From contig CAXHJY010000050.1 of NCBI GenBank assembly GCA_964016885.1, positions 1 to 64,000 of the forward strand: 64,000 nucleotides of DNA, written 5' to 3'. A program made the translations under genes and the position numbers. Below are positions 42,962-56,892 of this stretch, one piece after another (position 1 is the stretch's first letter; each line of letters begins with the position of its first letter). Origin of the DNA: Eledone cirrhosa. Lineage: Eukaryota. The notes beneath the pieces are model-generated. The model saw only the letters and a program-made list of their open reading frames with translations, did not search any database and was not told the origin of the DNA.

Positions 42962-43269
42962 GGCTTTCTACATTTAACTCAGCAATATATATTTCTACGT
43001 TGAATCCGGTATACTAGGCTTTCTACTTTAATCCGGCAAATTGTTTAATTTTCTTCTTCTTCTTCTTCTTCTTCTTCTTCTTCTTCTTCTTCTTCTTCTT
43101 CTTCTCCTTCTCCTCATCGTCCTCCCCCTCCTCCCCGTCGTTCCCCACCTCCTCATCCTTCTGTAAGCTGTACCGTAGATCGGAAAATTGAAAAACTCAT
43201 CGTCGTAACCAACGGAGGTCCATTCCATGTCAGGTTATGAATAAAACGAAATGAATGGAAGGTGTACTT

Positions 43270-43790
43270 TGAAAAAACAAAAAAAAAAAAAAAAAAAAAC
43301 AACGACAAAAAAACAAAAAAACAAAAAACAAAAAAAAACAACGACAAATAAATAAAAGATGAAGACCTTTCAGTTAGAAACTATTGTTTTGATGTAATAG
43401 TTTATATCAGTAGAGTTACATTGATTATATCAACATCAATCTGTAGAATACAATTCTGACCAAAACAACAACAACAACAACACAATCTCAAACAAAAGAA
43501 TTAAACAAGACAAACAATGAAAAAATAACAGAAAAAACAGAAAACAACAACAACACAATCAAAGAAAAAATAAATCAAAAGCTACAAGAAAAACAAACAA
43601 AAAAAACCCCCTCCGAAAACAAACAAACATTTTCAAACAAAAACAACCACGCCCGCCATATTGAAAAAGAAATACATATAATTGACAAACTCCCAAAGGC
43701 AATTCTGAAAAAAATACCCATACAAAAAACAAAACAAAAAACAAAACAAAAAAACAACAACAACAACAAAACACACACAAACAGGAAAAG
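43270..43790. repeat. A/C-rich low-complexity tract
   Basis: Runs of (AAAAC)n and (AAC)n. Confidence 0.8.
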
Positions 43791-44104
43791 CATTAATATA
43801 ATGGGTTGTAGGATGAAAAAGAAGATCGCTAGATTCCCCCCCAGGCAAAAACACTAAACATGAATCTTACATATAACTAACTATATTAAATTTCCTTTTC
43901 TTCAATTACTCTTTGTGTTCATTTGCACCCACTAGCTACACTTCATTCTAATTAGATTTTTGTCTAACTTGATTCTAACGATGTGAATATTTGTGTTCAA
44001 TGTTCAATTAGAAATCTCCATCATTTGACAAATGAGCTTTGTATAAAAAGAGATAGGAATTAGCTGTTCATAAGATAGTCCTATTGTCTCGTATGGAGGA
44101 GAAG

Positions 44105-44428
44105 AGATGCTTCAGCATTCCCTCGGTTATGACATTGAATGTTCCAATTGATCCGATCAACAGAACAGCCTGCTTCTGAAATTAACGTGCAAGTGGCTGA
44201 GTATTCCACAAACACGCTTACCCTTAACAGAGTTCTTAGGGAGATTCACCGTGATTCACCGTGACAAGACTGGCCGTTCGAATTACAGGTACAATTAATT
44301 TTTGCCAGCTGAGTGGACTGGAGAAACGTGAAATGAATTGTCTTGCTAAAGGACACAACGCGCCGCTGATAACCGAACTCACGGCCTTACGATTGTCAGC
44401 CGAACAACCTAATCACAGAGCCACGCCT
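44105..44428 (-). mobile_element. SINE family B
   Basis: Homologous to 28122-28400. Confidence 0.75.
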
Positions 44429-45339
44429 TCACAGATGAGATGGATATCATAGAATATAGGGCAATAAGGTGACACCACAATGACCACAACACATGCTGTT
44501 ATTGTTGCTGGTGGGGCCCCCACTGCAGGGGACCCGGGGCAATTGCAGCCTTTGTCCCCTATTAAATCCGGCCCTGCACACACATGGAACAGACTTTAAC
44601 AGCGTCTAACTACCACGTTAAACATTGTGACCCGGAATGGCCCCAAAATAAAGTTAGTAGGAATTGAAACTGCGTCCATCCATTTCGACAGCTAATCACC
44701 ACAGATGTTTGCATCTGTTATCAACACACACATACATATATAAATGTTCGTGTGTGAATGTTTTACCCTTTCCATCTACAATATACAATTAAAAAGAATA
44801 CAAGACATATGCTATCTCCAAATTTGTGAAGAACAAGCTATAAATTCCTTCAAATTCCGATAACCATAATTGATTTTTACTTATAAACCATTTGGTTCAA
44901 TAGAAGTAGCACTGATAGACCTTTCGGTCATTTCGTTTGTTTACAATATTAGATACGAGCTTATTCTTCTTTCTAATCTCTCTTGGCTACTTTCACCTTC
45001 TCTTTTTCCTGTTATTACATTCTTCGGTTTGTGATTCCACTTCGCCCCCGATAACAATACTCATTCTTGTACCTGACATTCTTCTTCTTCTTCTTCTTCT
45101 AGAAAAACTGCTATGCTACTGGGACAGACTAAAGATGGTTCGATGTGCAGTAGAGCATATGAACTAGGAGAAGTAAACAAAATAGGGTAACAAGGAGGAG
45201 GAAAAAGAGAAAAGATGATGATGATGAAGAAGAAGAAAATGAAATGCAGCCTGGTTTTGATTCCGTTCTAAACTTTTGTTTCTGAAAGGCATTACAATGG
45301 CTTTTTAAACAATGGTATTTGTGTAAATACATACATACA

Positions 45340-45370
<31 letters not shown>

Positions 45371-45439
45371 GTACTACATATATACATAATAGATACATAC
45401 ATAATACATAATACATACATACATGGTTCATTTGTACTC

Positions 45440-45890
45440 TCCGTACTATTGTATTCACCCGAGACATGGACGTTGTACACAGCATGTTAAAATGCTGGAG
45501 CAGTTTCAACGTAAATGCCTCCATTATATACTCAAAATAATCTGGAACACATTCATTCGAGACACAGATTTTTGCTTGGGCAAATGTTACATCTACTCAA
45601 GCTATGTTTATTAGAAATCAGTTAAGATGGACAGGTCACATGTATCGTATGGGTGACGACACTTCTCAAAGAAGATATTTTATGGTGACCTGAAGCTGGG
45701 CTGGGCAAAAGGTTAAAGAGTAAACCACGGAGGAGATACAGAGACTCTCTAAATGTAAACTTAAAATGTCTTAACATATCCTACAAAAATCTTGAATCAT
45801 GTGCATCAGATAGAGTGGCACGGAGAAATGCTATTCGGAATGGAGTTAAATCATTTGAAATGGAGAGAGTAAAACATACAGAACAGAACT
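45440..45890 (+). mobile_element. RTE-clade LINE 3' coding fragment (second family)
   Basis: Translates ETWTLYTQHVKMLEQFQRKCLHYILKIIW..QLRWTGHMYRMGD..KKIFYGDL. Confidence 0.8.
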
Positions 45891-46044
45891 GAAAAAAAAA
45901 AGTGCGGTAAAATTAGGCCAACAGTAATAATGATGAATCTTATCCAGCTAATATCAGACAATGTAATATTTATCTTAATGCTAGAAGCTGAGTCTTTTAA
46001 ATTGAAATATAAGGAAGTACAAGGAAGCCTGCGCAGTGCACCTT

Positions 46045-46677
46045 ACATGTAAGTGGAGTTCCTCTGAAGCAGGTAGAGATGTTCAAGTATCTCGGGGTCG
46101 TGTACATGAGTGATGGAAGGCAGGAGGCTGAAATAAATGCAAGAATTGCAGGAACTGGTGCAGTAATACTCCAGCTTCAGCATTCACTAATGAGAAGAAG
46201 GGGGTTAGGTGTAAAAGCCCAAATCGCTATCTTCAATTCGGTATTCGTGTCAACCTATCGTCATGAATCTTAGGTAATGACCGAAAGAATACAATCGGGA
46301 ATACAAGCGGCCGAAATGGGGTTCCCCCAACGGATCCTTCGAGTAATGTTACTCGATAGAGTGCGTAGATCGGAGATCTGAGAGTAACTCCAGTTAGAGC
46401 CGCTTCTTCTCCGAACTGAGAGATCACAGCTCTGATACTATGAGCCTGTGGTTAGAATGTTTCAGGAAAGAATCGCTGGCAAAACCAACCAACACGATAG
46501 CCAGGCGTAGACCCCGAGCAATATGGTTGGATAACATCCATGAGCTTGGCTGGTCTCATTTGGGAATCCAGCCTGATCAGTTGGAGATGGTTTTTCTGAC
46601 AGGATCCACCGGAAGAAACTTTTGAGGACTGCCACCAGGAACCTCTCTGGAATAAGTTGAAGAAGAAGAAGAAGAAG
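46045..46677 (+). mobile_element. RTE-clade LINE 3' fragment with (GAA)n tail
   Basis: LKQVEMFKYLG..AEINARIA..GRPRAIWLDNI-type C-terminus followed by a (GAA)n tail. Confidence 0.85.
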
Positions 46678-46988
46678 GCTTCAATCAACGCTTCAGAAGT
46701 TATTGAATTCCGTAGATTGAGACGTGAAGTGTGTTTATTTCTTGTTATCCCCCCTCTCTTTCTCTGTGTTTCTCTCTGTGAATATGTATACAAGCATATA
46801 CAAACATACACTCACAAACACATATGCATCTATGTATATATTTGTGAGTCTGCGCCTCTATTAAGGCATATATTCACACACACACATTCATAGACCCCCC
46901 TCCCCACATATATCTGTATATCTATAAATAAGTGTCCTGAACTAATTATTGAAATGGCAAGAGCTCAGTCGTCGCGTCCCGACTCTTC

Positions 46989-47022
<34 letters not shown>

Positions 47023-47025
<3 letters not shown>

Positions 47026-47268
47026 AAGAAGAAAATTAAAAGATTGTTAAAAAAGTTCTATATATTTTATTATGTGAATTTTGAAAACAACATCATCCTA
47101 GGACAAAAATTGTGTCCTCATCAGATAAAATAAGGTAACATGATATGAGGCCTAAAAACACTTGTGAACAGGAAAGTGTCCAGTCAACCACTTTTACCAA
47201 CTGTCGAGTGCTACTTATCTGATATATGCATAGTTTTATTGTTCTACAATATTACTCACATCCTACAT
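47023..47268. mobile_element. PLE-like remnant with inverted arm, HHR family 5 (decayed)
   Basis: Homologous to 61812-62230. The minus-strand HHR at 47065-47130 has GAAA changed to AAAA. Confidence 0.72.
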
Positions 47269-47271
47269 ATA

Positions 47272-47350
<79 letters not shown>

Positions 47351-47465
47351 AATATAATTTCAGCGACATTCGTATTTCGGCCAGGGTCGAAAACAAGCGA
47401 AACGCAATATCCGAGTTATGCTGGCAAGCGCTCCGTGGACCAAATAGAGACCAGAGCAATAAACA

Positions 47466-48393
47466 TCTATATATATAAAACTGAGTTTGTCTGTCTGTCT
47501 GTCTGTCTACTAAAACGGTCGGCACACATCCCCTCCTAACCGTGAAATTGCTACACTTATAGATGAAGGTCCGGCGGAGACATCGGTCAAAAAAACTTTC
47601 AAATCGACCGACGCCAAGTGCAAAAATCGAATTTTTAATGTATTGACTTTTCAGTTCAAATGTATAAAGAGAGATGAGAGACGAGTTATTTCCCTTTTAT
47701 GGCGTCATTCTGTCTACCTATTTACGTTACGAATATACGATGCGTGCAAAAGTACAAAAATACGCGAACAGTTTTCGGACCAGCAAAATTTTAACTTGCA
47801 ACATTCATGAGTTCGAAGTTTCAACATTAAGATTCCATTTTGTTTCATTTCCATAAAAAAAAACTTTTAAAACAATATTTTTACTTGAAAAGAAGCCTAT
47901 TTGAATACACCGTAAAACAAGCAAATATTTTGTAAAAAAAGCATTGATCTATATATTTAATCTCGAATAAAGCCTTATGTGATTTTCATTTAGAAGCAAT
48001 GATTTTAAACGACAGACAGATAACGCATTTTTTTTGTTTTTTTTTTGTTTTTCCTGTCCATCCAATTTGTTTGTTTCAAAATAACTGATAGGTTGGTTAC
48101 GCTGATGTTTTTCACAGAGACAAGTGTTGCAGTGTTTACATTTTCGATTTTTATTAATAGATTACCAGTGCAGTTTTTATCCCCAGCATCCACTTTGGTT
48201 TTAACATTCGGGTTATGGTTATGTTTTCTTAACTTCATAAGGCATACTGTTGGTTGAGGGAATATTAATCAAAAGTACCACATGAAAGTCTACACTGTAG
48301 ACTCTACAGTTTTTAAGCCAAGAAATGAACTTAACATTGTAACTTTAATACAGCTACTGAGCAGCCCCGAGCAACGCCGGGCTTTATTGCTAG
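47466..48393 (+). mobile_element. Non-autonomous Helitron
   Basis: a|TCtatatatataaaactg..(gtct)n ... cccgagcaacgccggg hairpin, CTAG|t. Confidence 0.93.
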
Positions 48394-48499
48394 TAGATTA
48401 TAAAGGTCAAACAAACTGAGATGGCGGTCAAGAAGCCATCAACCACCTAGGCCAAAAAGACGAGGCAATCTAAACAGGTCAAACAAAATAAACGAAATA

Positions 48500-48571
48500 T
48501 TTATATATATATATGTATATATAATATATATATGTATAATATATATAATATATATATATAATATATATATA

Positions 48572-48655
<84 letters not shown>

Positions 48656-48666
48656 GTATATATATA

Positions 48667-48702
<36 letters not shown>

Positions 48703-48756
48703 AATATATATACATATATATTATATATATATAAATATATTATATATATATATATA

Positions 48757-48840
<84 letters not shown>

Positions 48841-48855
48841 TATATACATATATAT

Positions 48856-48891
<36 letters not shown>

Positions 48892-48910
48892 AATATATAT
48901 ACATATATAT

Positions 48911-48988
<78 letters not shown>

Positions 48989-48993
48989 AAATA

Positions 48994-49079
<86 letters not shown>

Positions 49080-49084
49080 AAATA

Positions 49085-49129
<45 letters not shown>

Positions 49130-49134
49130 AAATA

Positions 49135-49191
<57 letters not shown>

Positions 49192-49196
49192 AAATA

Positions 49197-49256
<60 letters not shown>
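48500..49256. repeat. (TA)n array
   Basis: Directly visible. Confidence 0.97.
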
Positions 49257-49257
<1 letters not shown>

Positions 49258-49261
<4 letters not shown>

Positions 49262-49560
49262 TGTAATAAACAACATATAGCAATTATTCCATTTACCAGT
49301 GGTTTCTTAAAAGCAAAAAATTTTGCTTTCAATCCTCAGAATGAAAAAATCCTGGTCTGTTTATTGAATTTAGAATCCAAATTCAATAAACAGACCAGGA
49401 TTTTTTCATTCTGAGGATTGAAAGCAACATTTTTTGCTTTTAAGAAACCACTGGTAAATGGAATAATTGCCTTATGTTGTTTATTACATAACAATTAAGC
49501 TGTGTTACCTACATAGAGCACTCTTTTTTCCTGGACTTTTCCGACAGAATTGCTTCATTC
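49258..49560. mobile_element. Palindromic PLE-like remnant, HHR family 4
   Basis: ~110-bp near-perfect inverted arms (49258-49369 / 49379-49492) with an HHR in each arm. Confidence 0.82.
49404..49463 (+). ncRNA. Type I hammerhead ribozyme (family 4); mirror copy on the minus strand at 49287-49346
   Basis: tttcatt-CTGAGGA-ttgaaagcaa/ttgcttttaa-GAAA-cc(act)gg-TA^-aatggaa. Confidence 0.88.
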
Positions 49561-49615
49561 ACACACATATATATATATATATATATATAGATATATGTAT
49601 ATATATATATATAGA

Positions 49616-49664
<49 letters not shown>

Positions 49665-49756
49665 ATATATATATTATATATATATATAAAGATATATATA
49701 TTATATATATATATAAAGATATATATATTATATATATATATAAAGATATATATATT

Positions 49757-49845
<89 letters not shown>

Positions 49846-49846
49846 G

Positions 49847-49878
<32 letters not shown>

Positions 49879-49899
49879 AATATATATATATATATTATA

Positions 49900-49945
<46 letters not shown>

Positions 49946-49990
49946 GTATATATATATATATATATTATATATATGTATATATACATATAT

Positions 49991-50059
49991 AACGAAGGAA
50001 ATGTGGTAAGGAACCAGGTGGACCATAACGCACCAAAGTACTCAATACTTGAGGTAGTA
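49991..50059 (-). mobile_element. Truncated HHR family 6 terminus in (TA)n
   Basis: Identical to ~51910-51978. Confidence 0.8.
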
Positions 50060-50086
50060 TATACATATATATATATATATAAATAA

Positions 50087-50144
<58 letters not shown>

Positions 50145-50197
50145 TTATATATATATATATTTATATAATATATATATTTATATATATATATATATAA

Positions 50198-50228
<31 letters not shown>

Positions 50229-50238
50229 CATAAATATT

Positions 50239-50269
<31 letters not shown>

Positions 50270-50300
50270 ATTTATATATATATTTATATATATATATATT

Positions 50301-50349
<49 letters not shown>

Positions 50350-50366
50350 ATTTATATATATATATT

Positions 50367-50397
<31 letters not shown>

Positions 50398-50438
50398 AAT
50401 ATATATATATATAATATATATATATAATATATATATAT

Positions 50439-50482
<44 letters not shown>

Positions 50483-50534
50483 TATATATAATATATATAT
50501 TTATATATATATATAATATATATATTTATATATT

Positions 50535-50565
<31 letters not shown>

Positions 50566-50585
50566 ATATAATATATATATTTATA

Positions 50586-50640
<55 letters not shown>

Positions 50641-50642
<2 letters not shown>

Positions 50643-51113
50643 AAAGTTATATTTAAATTGTTGGATTACAACTAGTAAATATTAATAACTGATATAAAAG
50701 CACTCGACAAGTATTTGGAGTATATTTACGATATTAAATAAATGGAAACTATATTTATAAAACCATATCTATTTCATTATATATATTTCAGGGATATCAT
50801 ATTAACAATATGCTATGCCTTCCTCAGACAAAATACAATATAAACAGTTTTATAGATAAATAGATTTGACATACCGTACAACATCGACTTGTATTTGAAA
50901 AGTTGAATTGGCAATTCAAAAGTTGAACTGCCAATTCAACTTTTCAAATACAAGTCGATGTTGTACGGTATGTCAAATCTATTTATCTATAAAACTGTTT
51001 ATATTGTATTTTGTCTGAGGAAGGCATAGCATATTGTTAATATGATATCCCTGAAATATATATAATGAAATAGATATGGTTTTATAAATATAGTTTCCAT
51101 TTATTTAATATCG
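50641..51113. mobile_element. Palindromic PLE-like remnant, HHR family 1
   Basis: ~185-bp essentially perfect inverted arms (50728-50913 / 50929-51114) with an HHR in each arm. Confidence 0.85.
51007..51072 (+). ncRNA. Type I minimal hammerhead ribozyme (family 1); mirror copy on the minus strand at 50770-50835
   Basis: tattttgt-CTGAGGA-aggcatagcata/tatgatatccct-GAAA-tatata (palindromic)-TA^-atgaaata. Confidence 0.78.
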
Positions 51114-51144
<31 letters not shown>

Positions 51145-51362
51145 ATATAATATATACATTTATATGTATATATAATAAATACATTTATATGTATATATAA
51201 TATATACATTTATATATATATATATAATATATACATTTATATATATATATATATAATATATATATATATAAATATATATATATATATCTTATATATATAT
51301 ATATATATAATATATATATCTATATATCTATATATATATATATAATATATACATTTATATAT

Positions 51363-51393
<31 letters not shown>

Positions 51394-51395
51394 CT

Positions 51396-51428
<33 letters not shown>

Positions 51429-51520
51429 TTTATATATATATATATATAATATATATATAAATATATATATATCTTATATATATATATATATATAAATATA
51501 TATATATATATCTTATATAT

Positions 51521-51572
<52 letters not shown>

Positions 51573-51574
51573 CT

Positions 51575-51627
<53 letters not shown>

Positions 51628-51658
51628 CTTATATATATATATATATATATATATATCT

Positions 51659-51689
<31 letters not shown>

Positions 51690-51700
51690 TATATATATCT

Positions 51701-51731
<31 letters not shown>

Positions 51732-51865
51732 TATATATATCTTATATATATATATATATAAATATATATATCTCATATATATCTTATATATATATATATA
51801 TAAATATATATATATATCTTATATATATATATATATAAATATATATATATATCTTATATATATAT

Positions 51866-51909
<44 letters not shown>

Positions 51910-51911
<2 letters not shown>

Positions 51912-52569
51912 CGAAGGAAATGTGGTAAGGAACCAGGTGGACCATAACGCACCAAAGTACTCAATACTTGAGGTAGTAGAGTGGGTAATAGGAACCAGTA
52001 AGACCCCGACAGCTGAGCTCAAGCCGTTTCGACGGCTAATTCTGGACTAAATGAAAATTTATCCTGGTATTTAAATAGCCGATCTTCTCAAGGGGTAATT
52101 CCATATATGGTCAAAGTGATTGTCAAAAATCAGTAGTAATTCTGTGGTTGCAAATTAGTAGGGGAGATGGTGGCTAAACCTGCCAGTAGGAGAAATAGGG
52201 GAGGGGGTGGAGTAGACCCAATCAAGCATTGGTAGTGCCAGCTACAGCTGGACATGAGGTCAAAGAAAATACTGGGGAGGGGGAGGGGGTGGAAGTCGGA
52301 ACGGTAGGTAGAACAATGGGGGGTAGAAATATATTGGAAAGAAAAAATACTGAGAATGAAGAAAAGCAAATAAGTGTAAAGAAAAAAGTAAAGTAAATTC
52401 TACGACCTAGGTCTCTAGCTATTGTTAGGCTAAAATAAATAAATAAATAAAGAAAGAAAGAAAGAAGTAAAGAAAGAAATAAAGAAATAACCTTTGACCT
52501 CATGCCCAGCTGTAGCTGGCACTACCAATGCTTGATTGGGTCTACTCCACCCCCTCCCCTCTTACTGGT

Positions 52570-52572
<3 letters not shown>
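51910..52572 (-). mobile_element. PLE-like remnant with inverted 5' fragment, HHR family 6
   Basis: 52492-52570 is the reverse complement of ~52183-52265. Contains an HHR variant and is flanked by (TA)n. Confidence 0.78.
52003..52096 (-). ncRNA. Type I hammerhead ribozyme with U3-A8 core variant (family 6)
   Basis: Minus strand: acccc-TTGAGAA-gatcggcta...tagccgtc-GAAA-cggct(tgagctc)agctg-TC^-ggggt. Confidence 0.75.
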
Positions 52573-54237
<1,665 letters not shown>

Positions 54238-55415
54238 TGAATTATAAGAATCAAAGAACTGTTCAAAACATTTTTATGCTTACAACTGTTTCCTCCAAAC
54301 CGAGGTTTGGATACTTCGGAGCAATTTATTATTGAATGAACACTTATCTGACCTCCTTTTCACCTAAGAGACATACAGATACATATGCAAATATTGTGGG
54401 TCAACATTCATTACAGCATTTAGAGTGGCAGTACACACTTAGAGATTACATTCCTATTAAAAGATACAATCAAACATACAGGTTAAAATACAACATGAAA
54501 ATAAGCGGTTATATAGTGCAAATGTTATGTGTGGCAAGCACGTGCGTCTTGTTTATATTGTGTGGCAGAGAGTTACGTGTAGTAGAAGCACTTAAGCAGG
54601 TAAACAAGAGTGTTAGGTTGGTTGATCTGGTGACAAATTCTTTATATGATTGTTATAGTCTGTGTGTGGAGAAATAATATAAGCATTAAAAATAGTGTAA
54701 GCATTAAAAATATTAAAAATATTGGAAATGCGCAGCGAAGCGATGATATGGACTTCATGCACTTCGACATTTTCATAGTCTGGAGATCGTATTTTTCAGA
54801 TTATATGCCCCTCACATAATCCATGACGATTCGATATTGAGCGTTTGACAATCCAGTTAGAGAATCGTAGTCTGATGTTCTTTAATTCAATACAGGAGGA
54901 TGTTACGTTTCGAGAATCGACATCGAAATACTACCCGGAAGTGTGTGTGTGGCTAAGGGGAGTTAATGCATGAGGGGAGGTAACTCCGAGGTTTCTATTA
55001 CTAACTATTAAAATGTGTCTCAAAATAGACCCTAACTTATATGGTTATGCGCAATTTCTAAAAAATTTCTAAAATTTAAAGTGTTTTAACTATAGAGTAG
55101 TCTATTAAGTTGTGCTAAAGGTGTTCGTATTATTATGGTGATTAACCCCCATCGTAGAGTGCCACAAATGAATATTATACACGACGAGCGAGGATTCTAA
55201 ATTAATGATCTCTGTGGTTGCAGTCTACTCAGAGGAACAGGCGCGGTGATTGCAGAATCACTTCAACACACAATGATCTCTGGTAAGTTCCGGGTCATCG
55301 CTTGCTACATTGGATGTCGAAAGATAATCCTCACCAGGGCCGACCAGAGGTTTTGAGGAAACAGTTGTAAGCATAAAAATGTTTTGAACAGTTATTTGAT
55401 TCTTATAATTCATAT
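54238..55415 (-). mobile_element. Non-coding PLE-like element with ~65-bp inverted ends, HHR family 7 (degenerate core)
   Basis: 54238-54302 is the reverse complement of 55349-55413. Minus-strand motif at 54277-54323: tgct-CCGAAGT-atccaaacc/ggtttggag-GAAA-cagttg-TA^-agca. Confidence 0.65.
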
Positions 55416-55605
55416 AACTGCTCTGTAAATCATCTGATGTTTTTACATTGAGCTACTTAACTTACTGGTAATAAGGTAGTAATATATTACTGCCTACCAC
55501 TATTTAGGGTAGCTTACCCATAGTAATAGTTACCTAGACACTTATGACCTTAGCAACCTGTGCCCTACAAGACCAGCAAGAGGCAGACCACCTACCATTA
55601 CCTCA

Positions 55606-56892
55606 ATGGCCAAGAAAACCCACACAGATAGATGGAACGGGTGGACCAGAGCCATACGGACACCCGAAAACCACGATGAACCGAAGAAAATGATTGCACA
55701 TGCGGTAGGGGCCAGCATAAAATTAACCCTTAAGGAACATATGTTCAAATTTAATGGTAAAACATATGCCCAAGAGGAAGGAGCAGCCATTGGTGTTAGC
55801 ATTGCAGGCGACATAGCTAACTTATTCATGGTATGGTGGGACAGTAGACTTAAACAAAAACTTAAAGAACAATTAGAAGACAGCTTAACCCTGATAATGT
55901 ACTCCCGCTACGTAGATGATATAAACATCGTAGTTAAGACACCCCCACTAAAGAACAGTCAGGAACTAGAGAAAAACACAATGGAAAGCATCCAGCAAAT
56001 AGCAAACTCCATCCACCAGAGCATTAGAGTTACTATAGACTACCCAAGTAGACACCCCAACCATCGATTACCTGTACTAGACACAGATCTCTGGTTAGAT
56101 ACCATTAACAACCAAAAACAAATCCTCCATTCCCATTATGCCAAACCCATGACTTCCAAACATCTGATCCACCGAAACTCGGCCATTTCGGACCATACCA
56201 AAATCAACATACTGATTGCGGATTTGGTACGGGTGATGAGAAATGTGTCCCGCATGTGCAACCCCGAAGAACTAGAGAGACACATACAACACTTCATCCA
56301 CCGTATGCAGTTCTCTGGCTACAATCAGAGAGATAGAATCAGAGTGTATAGAGGAGCCAGAACCAAATGGGAAAAAATGGTAAATAATGACATAAATGGG
56401 ACCTGCCCCTTGTATAGGAGCAAATTTTGGAATAGAATAGAAAGAACTAGGAACAAGGCCAATAGAATAAACTCATGGTATGATAGCAATAAATACCAGA
56501 GTGTAATGTTCATCAATACAACCCCTAGAGGCGAACTAGCCTACAGATTTAGAAGGGCCCTAAATAAACATAAACTCAATATTAAGATAGTAGAAAGACC
56601 AGGTACCTCCGTAAAAACACTTATTAGCAAGACATACCCGTTCCAAAGACCCTCATGTATAGATAAGAAATGTATAACCTGTAAAATAAGCCCCCATATT
56701 AACTGTAAAACTAGAAATGTAGTGTATAGCATAAGATGTACTGAAGGACAATGTAGAAACAAAAATATAGTGTACATAGGTGAGACAGCTCGTAGTATAG
56801 AGGAACGAATAAATGAACACTGGCGAGACCTTCAAGATAGTAAAGAATCATCTGTGCTCTACCAACATGCTAAGATAGAACACAGGGGGTAG
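55606..56892 (+). CDS. Penelope-like RT/GIY-YIG polyprotein, partial (continues to 57040 after a +1 frameshift)
   Basis: RT4 QEEGAAIG..IANLFM, RT5 YSRYVDDI, RT7 LPVLDT, thumb HYAKP..NSA, linker CxxxxCxxC, EN NVVYSIRC..YIGETARSIEERINEH..H. EAVSI..PKLN follows in the next frame. Confidence 0.92.
   Translation: MAKKTHTDRWNGWTRAIRTPENHDEPKKMIAHAVGASIKLTLKEHMFKFNGKTYAQEEGAAIGVSIAGDIANLFMVWWDSRLKQKLKEQLEDSLTLIMYSRYVDDINIVVKTPPLKNSQELEKNTMESIQQIANSIHQSIRVTIDYPSRHPNHRLPVLDTDLWLDTINNQKQILHSHYAKPMTSKHLIHRNSAISDHTKINILIADLVRVMRNVSRMCNPEELERHIQHFIHRMQFSGYNQRDRIRVYRGARTKWEKMVNNDINGTCPLYRSKFWNRIERTRNKANRINSWYDSNKYQSVMFINTTPRGELAYRFRRALNKHKLNIKIVERPGTSVKTLISKTYPFQRPSCIDKKCITCKISPHINCKTRNVVYSIRCTEGQCRNKNIVYIGETARSIEERINEHWRDLQDSKESSVLYQHAKIEHRG

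Noticed and set aside
44505-44576. GC-rich end resembling a hAT TIR (aatccggccctg)
   Set aside because: No matching left TIR or TSD found, so no element is called.
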